A DNA stretch of 64,000 nucleotides from Paragordius varius (GCA_964247055.1 OZ176054.1:8122001-8186000); one strand, 5' to 3'. Counted from the first letter of the stretch, positions 22,601-53,479 are shown. Notes: a model not told the origin generated them from the letters alone. Translations and numbers: made by a program.

Positions 22601-25581
22601 TGGAAATCGTTGTACGATATCTTTTTGCTATTAAGGGGTTTCCTAGTTTCCTACATTAGGAAAATAAATTATAAAGATAGCTACAATAAACCCCTGGAAA
22701 AATACTTGATTTACTATCCGCACCATGACCCTTTTTCAAAAAATGTGTAAAATAAAATTTTTGGTTAACATTTAATTACCAAAAAAATTATTTAAATAAA
22801 ATTAATAATATACTACACTATTTAAAAAATAAGTTAAAAAATGTTTAATTTATCTTTTTATTATTTGGATCATTATAAGGGTTACTATTACCCAAAAAAA
22901 ACAAGTTTGTGTAAAGGTAATTTGAAAGATTAAAACTTAAAAAAGATAGTCTTATAAAAGTGCATGATGACCAGCACGAGCTAATTAGTTAATAGGCGCT
23001 TTTTATTCAAAAAACTCATTGTGAGAGGGGATTGGGTCGTTTATACAGAGATAAATCAGGATTTTAAACTATTACAAAACTAAGCAATTTTACCTCCAAG
23101 ACCCAAAGGAGATCATCTTTAACGTAACATAAATTGGATATGTTTGAGCCCGTAAATTCATCATTCATAAAATAAATTATGCTAGCGTCAGACGTATCCT
23201 CATTTGTCGTATGGGCATCGGAGTGTGGGTCAAATTTTGGGTTATTATGAACAGGAAAAGGACTTCTCCCAAGAAATGTAACGTTATAATTATTATCAGT
23301 TTCAATATAAGTATATTTGTTTAGTGGATCAATCTCTTGACCGGGATCTTGAATAGTTAAACGACCGTTACTCCACAGCAAGGCAATCATATTTTCTGTG
23401 CGATTATGCTCTTTTCCGGTTTTGTCACCAACCAATGTTTCTTGACATCGATACCAATCCATGTCAATGGCTAAAAAATGTTGTTTTTGTGAAGTGGACA
23501 CCTAGATTTATTGATTTTAATTAATTAAAATGTAAAAGACAGTTTATAATTATGACCAAATAATAGAATGTGAAAAATTAAAAAAAACAGTTTTTGTGAT
23601 GCGGAAACCTTGATTGTTAATTATAGTTTAGTTTTCGCTTTCAGTATAAAGTTAAATAAAATGGAAATAAAATTAACGAAAATCCGCATTCAATGCGTTT
23701 TAAAAAACTTTATATTCATTATGTTTTAACTAACAAACATTTAATATCTTTATTTGACTTTATTTAACATTTATATTAAATACTTTTCACAATTTGCGAA
23801 AAAATACACCCCTTTTTTAAAGTTAAATTACTTTTTCCTCATAACGATAACGTCTTAAGGAGGTTAACGTGAACGATGGTAACTTAAAAATTAATATCAT
23901 ATTTATTAGGTCCTGTCCATTAATCATAGTTCCAGACAAATAATTCTTGCTATCTTGAGCCATATTATTAACCATTTTATGTAGGAGGGAAAAAAGACTA
24001 ATTGCTTTTGTAGTTATACTTTGAGTAGTATCAAAAACTACCAAGATAGCTAAATAGTTTTCACATGGAGACAATCGCATTTTGACAAATTTTACGAACA
24101 TATTACTCTCAATCTGATCCAAATCGTCCAAAGAATGCTGTGAAAAGGGTTGAAATATGGATTCTAAATTATTTGTATCTAAAATAATATTGAGGTAATA
24201 TTTACTTAAATCTGTTTTAATTGGATCATGCTTAACTATCCGATATAGGGTTAAAATTGGACTTTGATGTTTTGTTGGCACTTTAACCAAATTATTGATT
24301 GGTGTTTCTAAAATAGGAGGTTTTAATGCTAACTAATATATTTTTATGTTACTTGTAACGATGAGTATAGAATGATGTTTAGAAGTTATGACATCCATTA
24401 AACTAGTACCAAAACTAAAACAACCCAACACAAAAAATTTGGAAGTGTCAAAGCTAAAATAATTATGTAATAAACTCGTAATCTAGATTTATTATCGTGC
24501 CATCTAAGTAAAATAGGAAAAACTCTTTGGTGCTATAATGGTTAAAAAAATTAAACTTTTTTGAATCATTTATCATTGAGATCAATGGAATTTTCAAGAT
24601 TTGAGGGACATATGTCTATTTTTATATAATTTAACACTCCATTACCTTTTGGGTTAATTTGATATCCCAGAGCGATTTGGAATTAGAATGTCTTAAAAAA
24701 TATTCAAGGTGTTAAGCCGACTTTAAAATATGCTTTCTTTAGCCTTTTAGGCGAATTATGCAAAAAAAATTTAAAAAATGTAAAAAAATAATCATCTCAA
24801 ACTTTTCTGGCGCCATTTTTTCCTATAAATTTTTTAATCGCCAACGCAACAGGCAAACAAATGTATATTATGGTTAGAAAATGTAAATAATTAATTTTAA
24901 AAAGCTTTCAGGCTACATTTTACCTGCAAAAACTTATTGATTTTAATATCAGCTGTTCGTTTCAATCGTGTTTACGAGCTGTTCAAATTCCATTTTCTAG
25001 AAGTCAAAAACTACAAAAAATTTACTTTTTACATCTATTAAAACAATGTTTGATAATTAAATTTTAACCAGAATAACTTTGAAAACAGTAGTTATTAACA
25101 AAATTGAGCTCTTGGATATAAAACTACCCCAATATCTAAACTAAGACGAAAAAATGAAAAGGCAATGAAGGCTAAATACCGATAGAATAATTGATGCAAT
25201 CTTTTCTTGGGTATTTAGTTTATAAATAATTAGTTCTTCCCCGTTTGAAATATATAAAAAATTTCCTTTAGACAATATAAAGCATGGAGACACGCCTAAT
25301 TTTATATACAATTTACCTTGAATCGAATAACATATTTTAGATTCATTCCTAAAATTAACTGTCCTATACCTGATTTGTAAGACGTCATATAAAAAAATTG
25401 CAATAAAACTAAATATAATATAAATTTACTCATTTAATTTATAGCATTTACATAAATTCAAAGAACTGTTTTTCCCACCAAATCTAATCAATGAATTAAT
25501 TGTCTAATATTAAACTGAATATACTGTTTTATAGGTCCATTCGTCCAGCAATCTTTTTTCAAATAAATTTAGGACTGACAT
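10672..25581 (-). CDS. NBAS: Neuroblastoma-amplified sequence / Sec39-like ER tethering protein (multi-exon; internal exon boundaries only partly resolved)
   Basis: The reconstructed 5' end MSVLNLFEKRLLDEW..LQIR..CFSF..KMRLSPCENYLA and the internal ESTTPQKLYERK|IKAKLYDEALIFAGKYALETDHVYMDQW match the NBAS pattern (STTPEELYQRKI..EYEEAL..YGLDTDLVYQRQW). A run of minus-strand ORFs continues to the stop at 10672. Confidence 0.8.
18657..20034. mobile_element. Foldback-type element with long terminal inverted arms containing a 21-bp minisatellite, in an NBAS intron
   Basis: Arms ~18657-19010 and ~19560-20034 are inverted copies. The unit attgactgggaaaacgtttcg occurs 6 times in the left arm and 11 times in the right. 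Termini atataccatttccc / gggaaatggtatat. Confidence 0.8.
19130..19425. mobile_element. Degraded hAT-like MITE inside the foldback spacer
   Basis: It shares gcggcccgc, aaaaattgttatattgtgtttg and the gttggacaccc terminus with 33947-34225. Confidence 0.55.
24635..25171. mobile_element. piggyBac-like MITE (TTAA target) in an NBAS intron
   Basis: ttaa|cactccattacctttt at the left and a degenerate inverted end aaaaggcaatgaagg|ctaa at the right. Homologous to 26440-26886, 32270-32801 and 52400-53232. Confidence 0.65.
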
Positions 25582-26439
25582 GGTTTATGCACATGTATAT
25601 CGTATGATTTATGCTGTGCGAAGCAAATCTTATGTTATACAACCTAGATTTTATTAATTAGTTACTATGTCTATATACAACACATTAATTTCAGTCCTTT
25701 AATACAAATTTGGGTATTTAAATACTTCAGGATTGTTTAAAATTAAAAAATTCAAAAAATATGGGATAAATAATCATTACAAAAGTATGTAATATAATAA
25801 ACCGAAATATAATAAATAATTTATGCAAAAATACTTGATTTTACTTATTTAGAGGCAAAACCAAAAAGGTAAAATTTAGCCAAAATATGTGTGTTGAGCT
25901 AAATTTCTGTTTATATCAATGTTAAATGTGATTTTATTAAAAAAAACTTAATTTTAACCTTAAAATCAAATAAGCATGATATTTTGCAAAAATGTTTTAA
26001 AATAAAAATGACTTCCATAGTGGTTTGATACGTTTCCAAACTAATTGCATATTTTGGTTTATTTAAATAATTTTCATTAGGATAGAAGCAGATATTTAAA
26101 TTGGAACCGTTTTTTTAGTAGTTTTTTTGAAAATATCATTTTTAGATATTTTCAGGGTATAATAAATACCCCAATTTAAAGTGTTTACAGCTTATCGATG
26201 AATAATTGCTATGAAAATTGAATCCCTAAATTTATTTAGGTTTAATCATAAATTTAATGTATTGTTTATCATCTAAATATACACGCATAAAATGTGTGGA
26301 TATAAAAAATCTGATGATACACAATGTCTATAAAATATATCCTGATGAAATTTATATATTTATATATATATATATATACATTCTGATGGGAAAATGTATC
26401 AGGATTATCACGGTGTTAGTTTTCGACGAGTGATATAAT

Positions 26440-26886
26440 AAAGTTATTAAGACTTTTGTGGCTCATCTTTAGTCTTTTAGGGGCATTATGCAAAAAAATC
26501 TTCATTTCAAATTTCCTTCTCGCCATTTTTTTCCATAATTTTTTTAAATCGCTAATGCAACAAGCAAATAAATATTATAGTTAGATATTGTTAATATTTA
26601 ACTTTAAAAATTTAGACTATATTTTAATAGCAAAAATTTAATATATTTTGATTTGAAAATCAGCTGCTCTCGTTTAATCGTTATTTGGATCTGTGCCGAT
26701 TCTGGCTACAAAAAGTCACAAAACTGTTAAAAATATATTCTTTTTATCTGATACATGAGAACAATGTTTGATAAATTTAACTAAAATGACTTTTAAAACA
26801 GTAGTTTATGTACTAAATTGAACTTTCTGATATAAAACTACTTCAAAATGTTAACTAGGACAAAAATGTCAAAGGTAATCAAGTTT
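26440..26886. mobile_element. Truncated copy of the piggyBac-like MITE family (approximate ends)
   Basis: Shares the cttttaggg(c)attatgcaaaaaa, cgccattttttt, aatcgctaatgcaaca and gagaacaatgtttgataa blocks with 24635-25171. Confidence 0.6.
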
Positions 26887-27426
26887 TAAATAAAAAATTT
26901 TGTGAAAGCTATGCGTTTCATTCCAAAATATATCACTTAAATTATGACTACATTACAAAAGTAAAAATTTTTTAAATTATTTTAATTATTAGACGTAGGC
27001 TACGAATGTCCCAAAAAACGCAAAAATGCCAATATTGGAAATTTTAATAAGCAAAATCATGATATCAATTAAAAATATTTTTAAATAATGCATATTTGGC
27101 AAATCTTTGTTAATCGTACTTGTATTTTGAGATATGATAGAAACGGTATTAGAATTTGCATTAGCATACACATTTTCTAAAAAATTGCTTTAACGTCAAT
27201 ATTTTCTTAAAGTCCCTATTTTTACACTAAGCGGCTATATTGAGGGGTTCGGCGCAATTGTTAAGCAATAAAAAAGTCCACTGTTAAAAATGAATGGGCC
27301 CACTCTTTTTCCTGATAATTCCGATCTTTAAATTTTAGAGAGTTAAGTTTTTTCAAATAACCCGATTTCATACACGGGTGGGTCAAAACTGAGGGCTTAG
27401 TTTTAAAAAGGGCTCATTGTCGGCGT

Positions 27427-28618
27427 ATATATCCATTTTTCATGCAAAAACATCATTTTTTCAACCAAACGCAATATTTTTTTTAAAATTAAAAACATTT
27501 TTTTTTATTTTATGACATATTAAATTTTAAGTTATAATTTATTAGCTTAGAGTTGTGATTTATTGTTTATCATCAATATTTAATGATTAAAACATTTTAA
27601 TTTTGCCCATAAATTGCATTATTTATTTATATTAATTATTTTTTTTTTCTGTTACAATCTCACCTAATCAATATTTAATAAACAAATTGCGGTTAGTGTC
27701 CTTGAAAATTTAAAGTTGGTCCATAAACACTTCAAGTGGTCCTTAAATATTTTAATTTTGATACCAACATCTTTTAATGAAGCAATAAAATATTCATCTA
27801 TCCTGTCTTTTTTAACCAATTTTTTTTATTTAACCTAAACTGTTAAATCAATACATAAAAACCGTATATCCTTATTATTTTCTATAATAAATTTGACTAT
27901 ATTAATCTAAGATTTGTGGGTTATTGTTCGTAATATTTAGTTTAAAACATTAATAGGTTCATAATATTGTTAAAGAAAAGAAAATTAGTTCGAAATATAT
28001 ATAAAGTTGTTTTACTATGAAAATATTTATTTTGATTGAAAAAATACTTATAAATAAGTATATTAAGTTAAATATAAAAAAACAGATAATTACATACAAA
28101 AATAACGGTTGTATGCAAACTGCAAAAAATGTAAGGACTTACTTGAAGTGTTCAAGGACCAACTCATGCAAGGACACTCTTAAAGTGCATATTGTATTAA
28201 TCGATTATGGGTTAAACTAAAGTTTTAAAAGAAAAATAGTTAATATAAATAAATAATGCATATGGGCAAAATTATATCTATGAAAATCAATTTACCATCA
28301 AATATTGATAATAAAACAATAAAAATCATAATTCAAAGCTAAAACTAAATTACATTAACTTGAGATTTAATAAATACTTAATAATTAAATTGTCATAAAA
28401 TAATAAAATTGTTTTTAATTGTTAAACAATTGTAGTTTTTGCTAGAAAAAATGTCTTTGGTTAAAAAATTGTTGTTTTTGCTTGAAAAATGTTGTCTTTG
28501 GTTAAAAAATGTTGCGTTTGGATTAAAAAATGTTGTCTTTGGTTAAAAAAACGTGTGTTTGGTTTAAAAAATGTTGCGGTTTGAAAAAATGTTGTTTTTG
28601 CATTAAAAATGATATATA
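27427..28618. mobile_element. Second foldback-type element with asymmetric minisatellite arms
   Basis: 27427-27612 is the reverse complement of 28260-28618. The right arm has an expanded ~20-bp aaaaatgttgtctttggtt array. Termini tatatatccatttt / aaaatgatatata. Confidence 0.65.
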
Positions 28619-28999
28619 AATGATTAAAAAAACTTTATCGAAATAGGTTTATCCATTTTTCCCAATCATTACTCAAAGACCTCTTATTTTTATTAATGAA
28701 TAAATTATGCTTTTTATATATTAGAGAGGCATTTAGCTTTCACCAAAATTTATTTGGCAAAATGTCCACAATATTTGCTTTCCGTTATGTATATTGTTTT
28801 ACTTTTCAAATTTAGTTTATGCTATATTTTAATAATATTTTTTAATCTAGCTTTAAAATTTTTTTTGGCATAATATGCGCAAATTTTGCGATTTTTGATT
28901 AAGAATTATCATATTGGTAATTATCCTAAATTACTCGCAAAGCTCAAAACAAAGCACTATAAAATCTTGATTCATTTTTATATCAGATTATATATAATA

Positions 29000-31345
29000 C
29001 TAGCTGGCCCTGTCACCCTTCGCTGTGACGTAGTCTGACCGATAATTATTCTTAACAATTTGCAATAAATAATGGACATAAAAGAATGTCTTTAATTATT
29101 TTACGGGTTTTTGCATAGCTTAAATATTGTTTACTCGAAATCGACTATATTAAAACTGTCCCTTATTAAAGTTAATATTCTACTATCATTGGATTTATTT
29201 TAAGATTTTCGTTTTACTAAATCATGGTTAAAATTTTATTTTAAAATTGTCACACAACTGGGATCAAGGGATATAAAAGGTAAATCATTTGTGGTCCCTT
29301 TTTAAAGGAAAGAAGGATACTAAACAAATTCCCCAGAAAAGTTTAATTGAACACGGGCTAATTAAGTTTTTTAAAAATTAGCTTCAAGCGTCTCTTTAAA
29401 CCCGTAGAACCTTACGACCTATATGGAAAAAGCGCTGAGTTAAATTCTTTGCCTTTATAGGGAAAATATTTGGAATCACCTTTGATACCATCATCTTATG
29501 GGTTATTCGAAAAAATACCTCAACACTAAAAAATCGTTATAAGATGGCTTTTTAAGGCTTAAAGGCCCCAAATTACGGCTAATAAAAATAAGCCTGACCT
29601 TAATAATACCTAGTTAGGGGTAATATTTCAAGCATTTAATGAGCTCATATGGCTTCATAAATTTTCTGAAAATTAACTCCAAAACAACGGAATTTCTATA
29701 TAGTGGCGCAGTTTTCGGCGGGTAGCTCCTTACATAGGGGCAGGTATAAAAAATCGTTGGCAAATTTTTTGCCTTTATATGGGGAATATCTGGAATTATC
29801 ATGGATTCCATATGTTTCTATTAGACTCAGGTTTTCTGAAATTTGGCTCCAAAGGCATGTCGTATCGATATGGTGACGGAGTTTTAGGCGGGTAGCCCCC
29901 TAACCAGTGGCAAAACCAAAAAACCGATTAAAAGTTTGCCTTAATTCCGGTAATACCTGGGATTATAATTGATTTTATATGCTCTCGTAGGACTTTCGAA
30001 AAATTGCCTCAAAATCAAAAAGTCATTCTATGATGGCGCATTTTTCAGGGCAAGGGCTTTATTAGGGGGTAATTAAAAAAAACCGCTCTACTTAAATTTT
30101 TGCCTTTTTACAGGCAATATTTTAAGCCCTTATTAAACTTTATGGCCTGATAAGTTTTCTAAAATATGCCTCCATCACGTTGTATCCATATGGTGGCGCA
30201 AATGTTGGCGGGTAGCCCCCTAACCAGACACCAATATAAAAAAGACCTTTTAAAAAAATTTGCCTTTATAGGGGAATACCTAGAATTATCCTCTATTCCA
30301 TATGTTCTTAGTAGTTTTTGGAAGAATGGCTCAAATCTAAATAGTAGTTCAATGATAGCCCATTTTTTAGGGCGTAAAGTGCCTAATTAACGGCTAATTT
30401 AAAAAAATCGCTCGACTCAAATTTTTGCCTTTTTGCGGGTAATATTTCAGGCCCTTATTAAACCTATGTGCCTGATAAGTTTGAAAATTAATTCCTAAAC
30501 AACGCGATTTCGATATGGTAGTTTTAGACGGGTAACTCCCTACCCAAAGGCTGATACAAAAAAGCGCTTGATTAAATTTTTTGCCTTTTATTGAGAATAT
30601 CTGAAATTATGATTGATTCCATATACTCTTATTAGTTTTTGGAAAAATTGCCTCAAAACTAAAAAATTATTCTATGGAGGCGCCTTTTTCAGCGTGAGGG
30701 CCTAATTAACGGCTAATTTTAAAAAGCCTTATTACAGGTAATATTAAGTACCTATAGAACTCATATGGTCTAATAGGCTTTCTGAAATTTAGCCCCAAAG
30801 GCTCGCTATTTCGATATGACGGGATAGTTTTTAGCGGGTATCTCCTTACCCAGTAGCCAATATAAAAAAACGCACGACTAAAATGTTTGCTTTTTAACTG
30901 GGGATACCTGAAATCCTTATTAAAATTTTTTTGGTCACATACCTTGGGCGAAAATTAGATTAAAAAAGTTATTTTTGTGGACGGTTTTTTGAAAAAACTG
31001 GCATTTTAAGGGGGGAGCGGGTAAAAAGAGGGCTTAAATTAAAAAAGCGAGCCGACTATGTTTGGCGCAATCGGAAAAAGGTAAAAAAATCATATTTGAA
31101 ATCGAATAACACGTTTTTGGGAAAATTGTCTCTCAAAGACACGCTTTTTGTTGACTTTGTTTTTAAAAAACCCGTTTTTTTACACGGGGTTGGCCCGAAC
31201 TGGGGGCCTAATTCAAAAAAAGCGAAGCTATTGTCGGGGCATTCATTAATGATTATATTTTTTCGATATTTGGATTTGAATGGTATCAGTTTTCCGGAAA
31301 CAGATCACAAAGCCACCACTTTGCATTTTTATAAATATATATAGA
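29000..31345 (-). mobile_element. Non-autonomous Helitron with internal ~160-bp tandem array
   Basis: On the minus strand: A|TC at 31345, 3' hairpin gtcac-agcgaagg-gtgac then CTAG|T at 29000. The terminal ~450 bp are homologous to 1750-2200, and aaatttttgccttt recurs at ~160-bp steps. Confidence 0.8.
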
Positions 31346-32131
31346 TAACAAGATATTTTTTATGCGTACTGTGTATATTAAGGATATTTTTTGTGCAGTG
31401 TATACCCTTTAGGAAACTTTGGCAAGACCAAATTATATAAAAAAAGTGTTTTGATAATAGTTAAAATATTTATGCTTCAAAAATAAGAACGACGCCTAAT
31501 GATTGCCAAAAATTTAAATTTTTATCCTAAGTATGCGTTTTTTATATTGAATTAATAATCTTGCATCTATTTAAAAATATTGATACTAGCCCGTTTTAAC
31601 GTTTTTAAAAAAAGTGCGATTTTCGAACCTTACAAACATATACATTTTTATGACAAGCACGAAATTTTTTAGAAATTTAAAATATGAAATAACTTGTGGC
31701 AAAACTTTAATCGCTATCATAAAAAATTAATATATGTGGACTATATTTTTGATTCCCGATTTACACCCCTTAAAAGTTCATAGAACAATTGAGCCTAAGC
31801 CCAAAAACCAAGAGCCTCACAAAATCCGAATACAATTTTCTGCCAAATAATGGAAAATATTAACAAATTTATTATATAAATATTGGCTATACGCATTTTA
31901 AACAAAATTGCTCAATCATATGTCAAATTCTTCACATTCAAAATTTAATTAATTCATATCTAGAGCGACAAAAGCAAATTATGGTTACATATATTATTGG
32001 CAAACATATCTAATTTTAATTAATATTATTATTATTATTAGTAAATTCATGGTTAAAAATGCGGTTGTGACAATATATGTGAACGTATATATATAAAAGA
32101 GTAAAATTAGTTAAAATTCATATGGTGAATG

Positions 32132-49966
<17,835 letters not shown>

Positions 49967-50989
49967 ATTTGCTTGATTTTTTTAGAAATTTTAGAGCATT
50001 ATTTGGCTGAAAAACTTTCCATCATATGGAAATATGGAACAATAGTTTATAATGTGTATTATTTTTGATTTTTGAATAAAAGGAATATTACGAATTAATC
50101 TTTTATTATGGATTTCTTTTAAATTTATGGCATGAAATGCCCAGTATATCAAAATAACTTGTTTATTTGAATACATTATTTATCGATATATTTGACACTT
50201 GTCGGTCCCCAGGTTTGAATTAAAATAACTATCTACTAAATTAGTACACGGTTTCATTTTAATTAGAAATATCTCAAAATGTACATTATAAATTGGCTAC
50301 AAATTGAATTTCAAATTTTACAAGTACCTTGGTTTAAATTCTGTGGCCAATTAAGCAGTAGTATTAAAAAATGGTAACTATAGAAAAAACGATATTTGAC
50401 TTCGGAGCATCTGTGCACAAAATCGGAGATAAAATAATATTCTGAGAAAAAATATTTATTTTGGTAAATAAATGTATCAGAAGTCTTTTTGGGCCTTTGG
50501 TTTTGGGGCTTACTGATAAAAGGATCAAAAATTATTTTTTAACTATGTCTTTACTGTAAACATTATCCACAAAAAAACTACTTGAATATATATACTGATA
50601 GGAATGTATATCAAATTTTTAAACTTTTGTGGCAGCTCCATATCAGAAAATGGCCAAATTTGCACGCAATTTTAAATATATTTATAGCAAGGGGCGTTCT
50701 AAAAAATATCATAAATATATAATAAACTACATATAAAGAGAGCAATATTATTATAAAACTTAAATTTTTAGATGTGTGCTCCTAAAGTCTTAAATTTATT
50801 TGCTCTCCTAAAATGGGCTTGTCTAAAATAAACGCACAAATGTAAGATTGCGCGATAATTATAAATATATGCTAAATTTTGATATCAACCAAAATTATTT
50901 TTCGAATGCATATTGTCAATAATTCAAATAATCAAAATTTTGCTGAAGCGCTTTTAGATATCGTAAAAACACTTTTTCTATGTAATTAA

Positions 50990-52191
50990 CACTTGGATAC
51001 AGCTCATTTATTTTAGTCGATTCAAATTGGGGGAGTTAAATACCACTCCTGTTTAAAATTAAATTCTTCAAAAAATATGGAAAGAATCAAAACCATGGCA
51101 AAATTTCCCACTCCTATAACATTAATAAACCAAAAAATATAAAAATGCTAATTCAAAAATACTTGATATTTTTTATTTTAAGCTAAAGAAAGGTGAAAAA
51201 TTAGTCAACGTGACATGTGTGCAATGGTAAAAAGAAATAAACCGCTTTTCTATTTCTATATATGTTAGATGTAATTTAACACTTGGATACAACACATTCA
51301 TTTTAGTTCTTCGATCCAAATTGGGGTAGTTGGATACCCCAGGCCTGTTTAAAATCAAATACTTTAAAAAGTATAGAAGGAATCGAAACCTTGGCAAAAT
51401 TTTGCACTTATATGATATTAATAAACCGCAAAATATAAAAAACTTTATTCAAAAATACTTGATATTAGTTCTTTTAAGCTAAAAGCGAAAGGTAAAAAAA
51501 TCCATTTGACATGTGTGCAATGGTAAAATTGCAAAATAATACAAAATAAACCGCTTTTTCTATTTCTATCGATGTTAGATGTAATTTATATTAAAAATTA
51601 GCTTTAGTTTTACCCTTAAAATTAAATCAAGACGATATTTTGCAAAAAAATTTTAAAATAAAAATGGCGTCGAAGTAGTTTGAGATGGAACTTTTTTTTC
51701 AAAACAAAATTTTATCAAGATATTTTGGCATATTTATGTAGTTTGAGATGGTACTTTTTTTTCAAAACAAAATTTTATCAAGATATTTTGGCATATTTAT
51801 AAAATTTTTATCAGGATAGAAGCATAAATTTAAATTGGGACCGTTTCCTTCAGTAGTTTTTTATAAATATTAATTTAAATTTAGTCTGGGGTATTTGGAT
51901 ACCCCAATTTGAATCGAAGTGTTAAATAAAAAATTGGCTTTGATTTTACCCTTAATAATATATGAAGATTATAGTTTGTAAAAATTTTGTAAAATAAAAA
52001 TCGCGTCGAAGAAGCTTGAGATGTAACTTTTTTTTCAAAACAAAATTTTATCTAGAGATTTTTGCATATTTATTTAATTTTTATTAGGATAGAGGCATAA
52101 ATTTAAATTTGGACCGGTTCCTTCTGTAGTTTTTTTAAAATCCTAACTCAAATAGTCTGCGGTATTTAGATCCCCAATTTGAATCGAAGTA
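50990..52191. repeat. Compound tandem + inverted repeat cluster with TTAA-flanked ends (piggyBac-like MITE derivative)
   Basis: Two ~290-bp direct units start ttaa|cacttggatac. They face two ~270-320-bp units ending gaatcgaagt(g/a)|ttaa. There is an internal ~64-bp tandem duplication at ~51676-51800, and related pieces lie at ~25900-26200 and ~58380-58610. Confidence 0.6.
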
Positions 52192-52399
52192 TTAAATGAT
52201 GATCACACATTTCGACCGCGTTTTGTAAAAAAATACAATACTAATTTAACATAAATTTTGAAGGCGAATAAATATTAGAAATGTTTAGCATCATCAAATT
52301 ATATAAAAAAGTTTTTTTATAATATCCAAATGCGTTTTTAAACCGTTATTATCATGACTAATTGTATTAGATAAAAAAAGTTTTTACAGCTTCCTAACT

Positions 52400-53232
52400 T
52401 CTAGAGTCTAAAAATGGGCTCCAAAACTTGATCGAAACTAACAGCGGATTTTATAATTAATAAATATCAAGTTTTTGCTGGAAAATGTAGCCAGAAAGCT
52501 CACTAAAGTCAAATATCTATTTAGACCATAATATACATTTATTTGCCTCTTTTAGCTATTAAAAAAATGTTAAGAAAAAAATGTTGACAAAAAGTGTGAG
52601 ATGATAATTTTATTACAATTTTTCATTTTTAAAAGGTATTCAAATTTCGAACCCCTCTAGGATACAAAATTTCCCCAAAAGGACATAAAGGGTTAAGTTT
52701 ATGCGATAATTAAATACATTTATTAGCCTATTGTATTAACGATTTAAAAAAATCAAAGAAAAAATGGCGGTGAAAAAGTTTGAGATGAGTATTTATTTAT
52801 AATTATACATATTTAAAAAATTGAAGCATGCGCCTTAAAAAATGAATTCGACAGTACCACATATACTTTTTAAGATATTCTAGTTTCACGTTCTGGGATA
52901 TGAAAGATCGCTAACGGATAAGATGCTAATACAAGAGGCAAATAATTGTACGGTTAGAAATGCAAAAACTTTTGATTTTAGGTTACATTTATCAAAACCT
53001 TAATTTGTATTGATTTTAAAATCAGTTGATTACTTCAAACGTATTTTGGAGCTGTCCAATATTAGACTCAAGCAGACACAAAACTGTAAAATAAGCTTTT
53101 TATTTAATACATGAGGACAATGTTTGGTAATAAAATTTTAACTAAAATAACTTTCAAAATAGTAATTTATTAAGATTTAGTATACAAAACTACCCTAAAT
53201 GTCTTCGACAAAAAAGTGAAATTGTCATGAAG
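52400..53232. mobile_element. Mosaic of piggyBac-like MITE fragments in both orientations (approximate ends)
   Basis: Reverse-complement blocks (ctggaaaatgtagccagaaagct; aaaatggcggtgaaaaagtttgagatg) and forward blocks (gaggacaatgtttggtaa; aaaactacccta) of the 24635/32270 family. Confidence 0.55.
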
Positions 53233-53479
53233 TTTTAAAATCAAAACATCTTTTCACAAAATTTTAGTCTTAAATAGTTTCTCCCCTAAAAAATGGGTTA
53301 GTTTTTTTTAAACGTAAAAATGCCGAGATTGCATGATAAAATTTTTAATATATGCAAGATGCATAAAAAATCTATATATTTATAATAAAATATATGAGCT
53401 TGACCAACGTTTTGTAAAAACAGATAAGCGCATTCCGATTCCAGTGTCAAAATTAAATAATCATTTATAAGTATACTGA

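Noticed and set aside
27660-27900. Possible NBAS first exon inside the second foldback spacer
   Set aside because: Stops occur in all plausible spliced frames, and a better-supported ATG with NBAS-like N-terminus was found at 25581.
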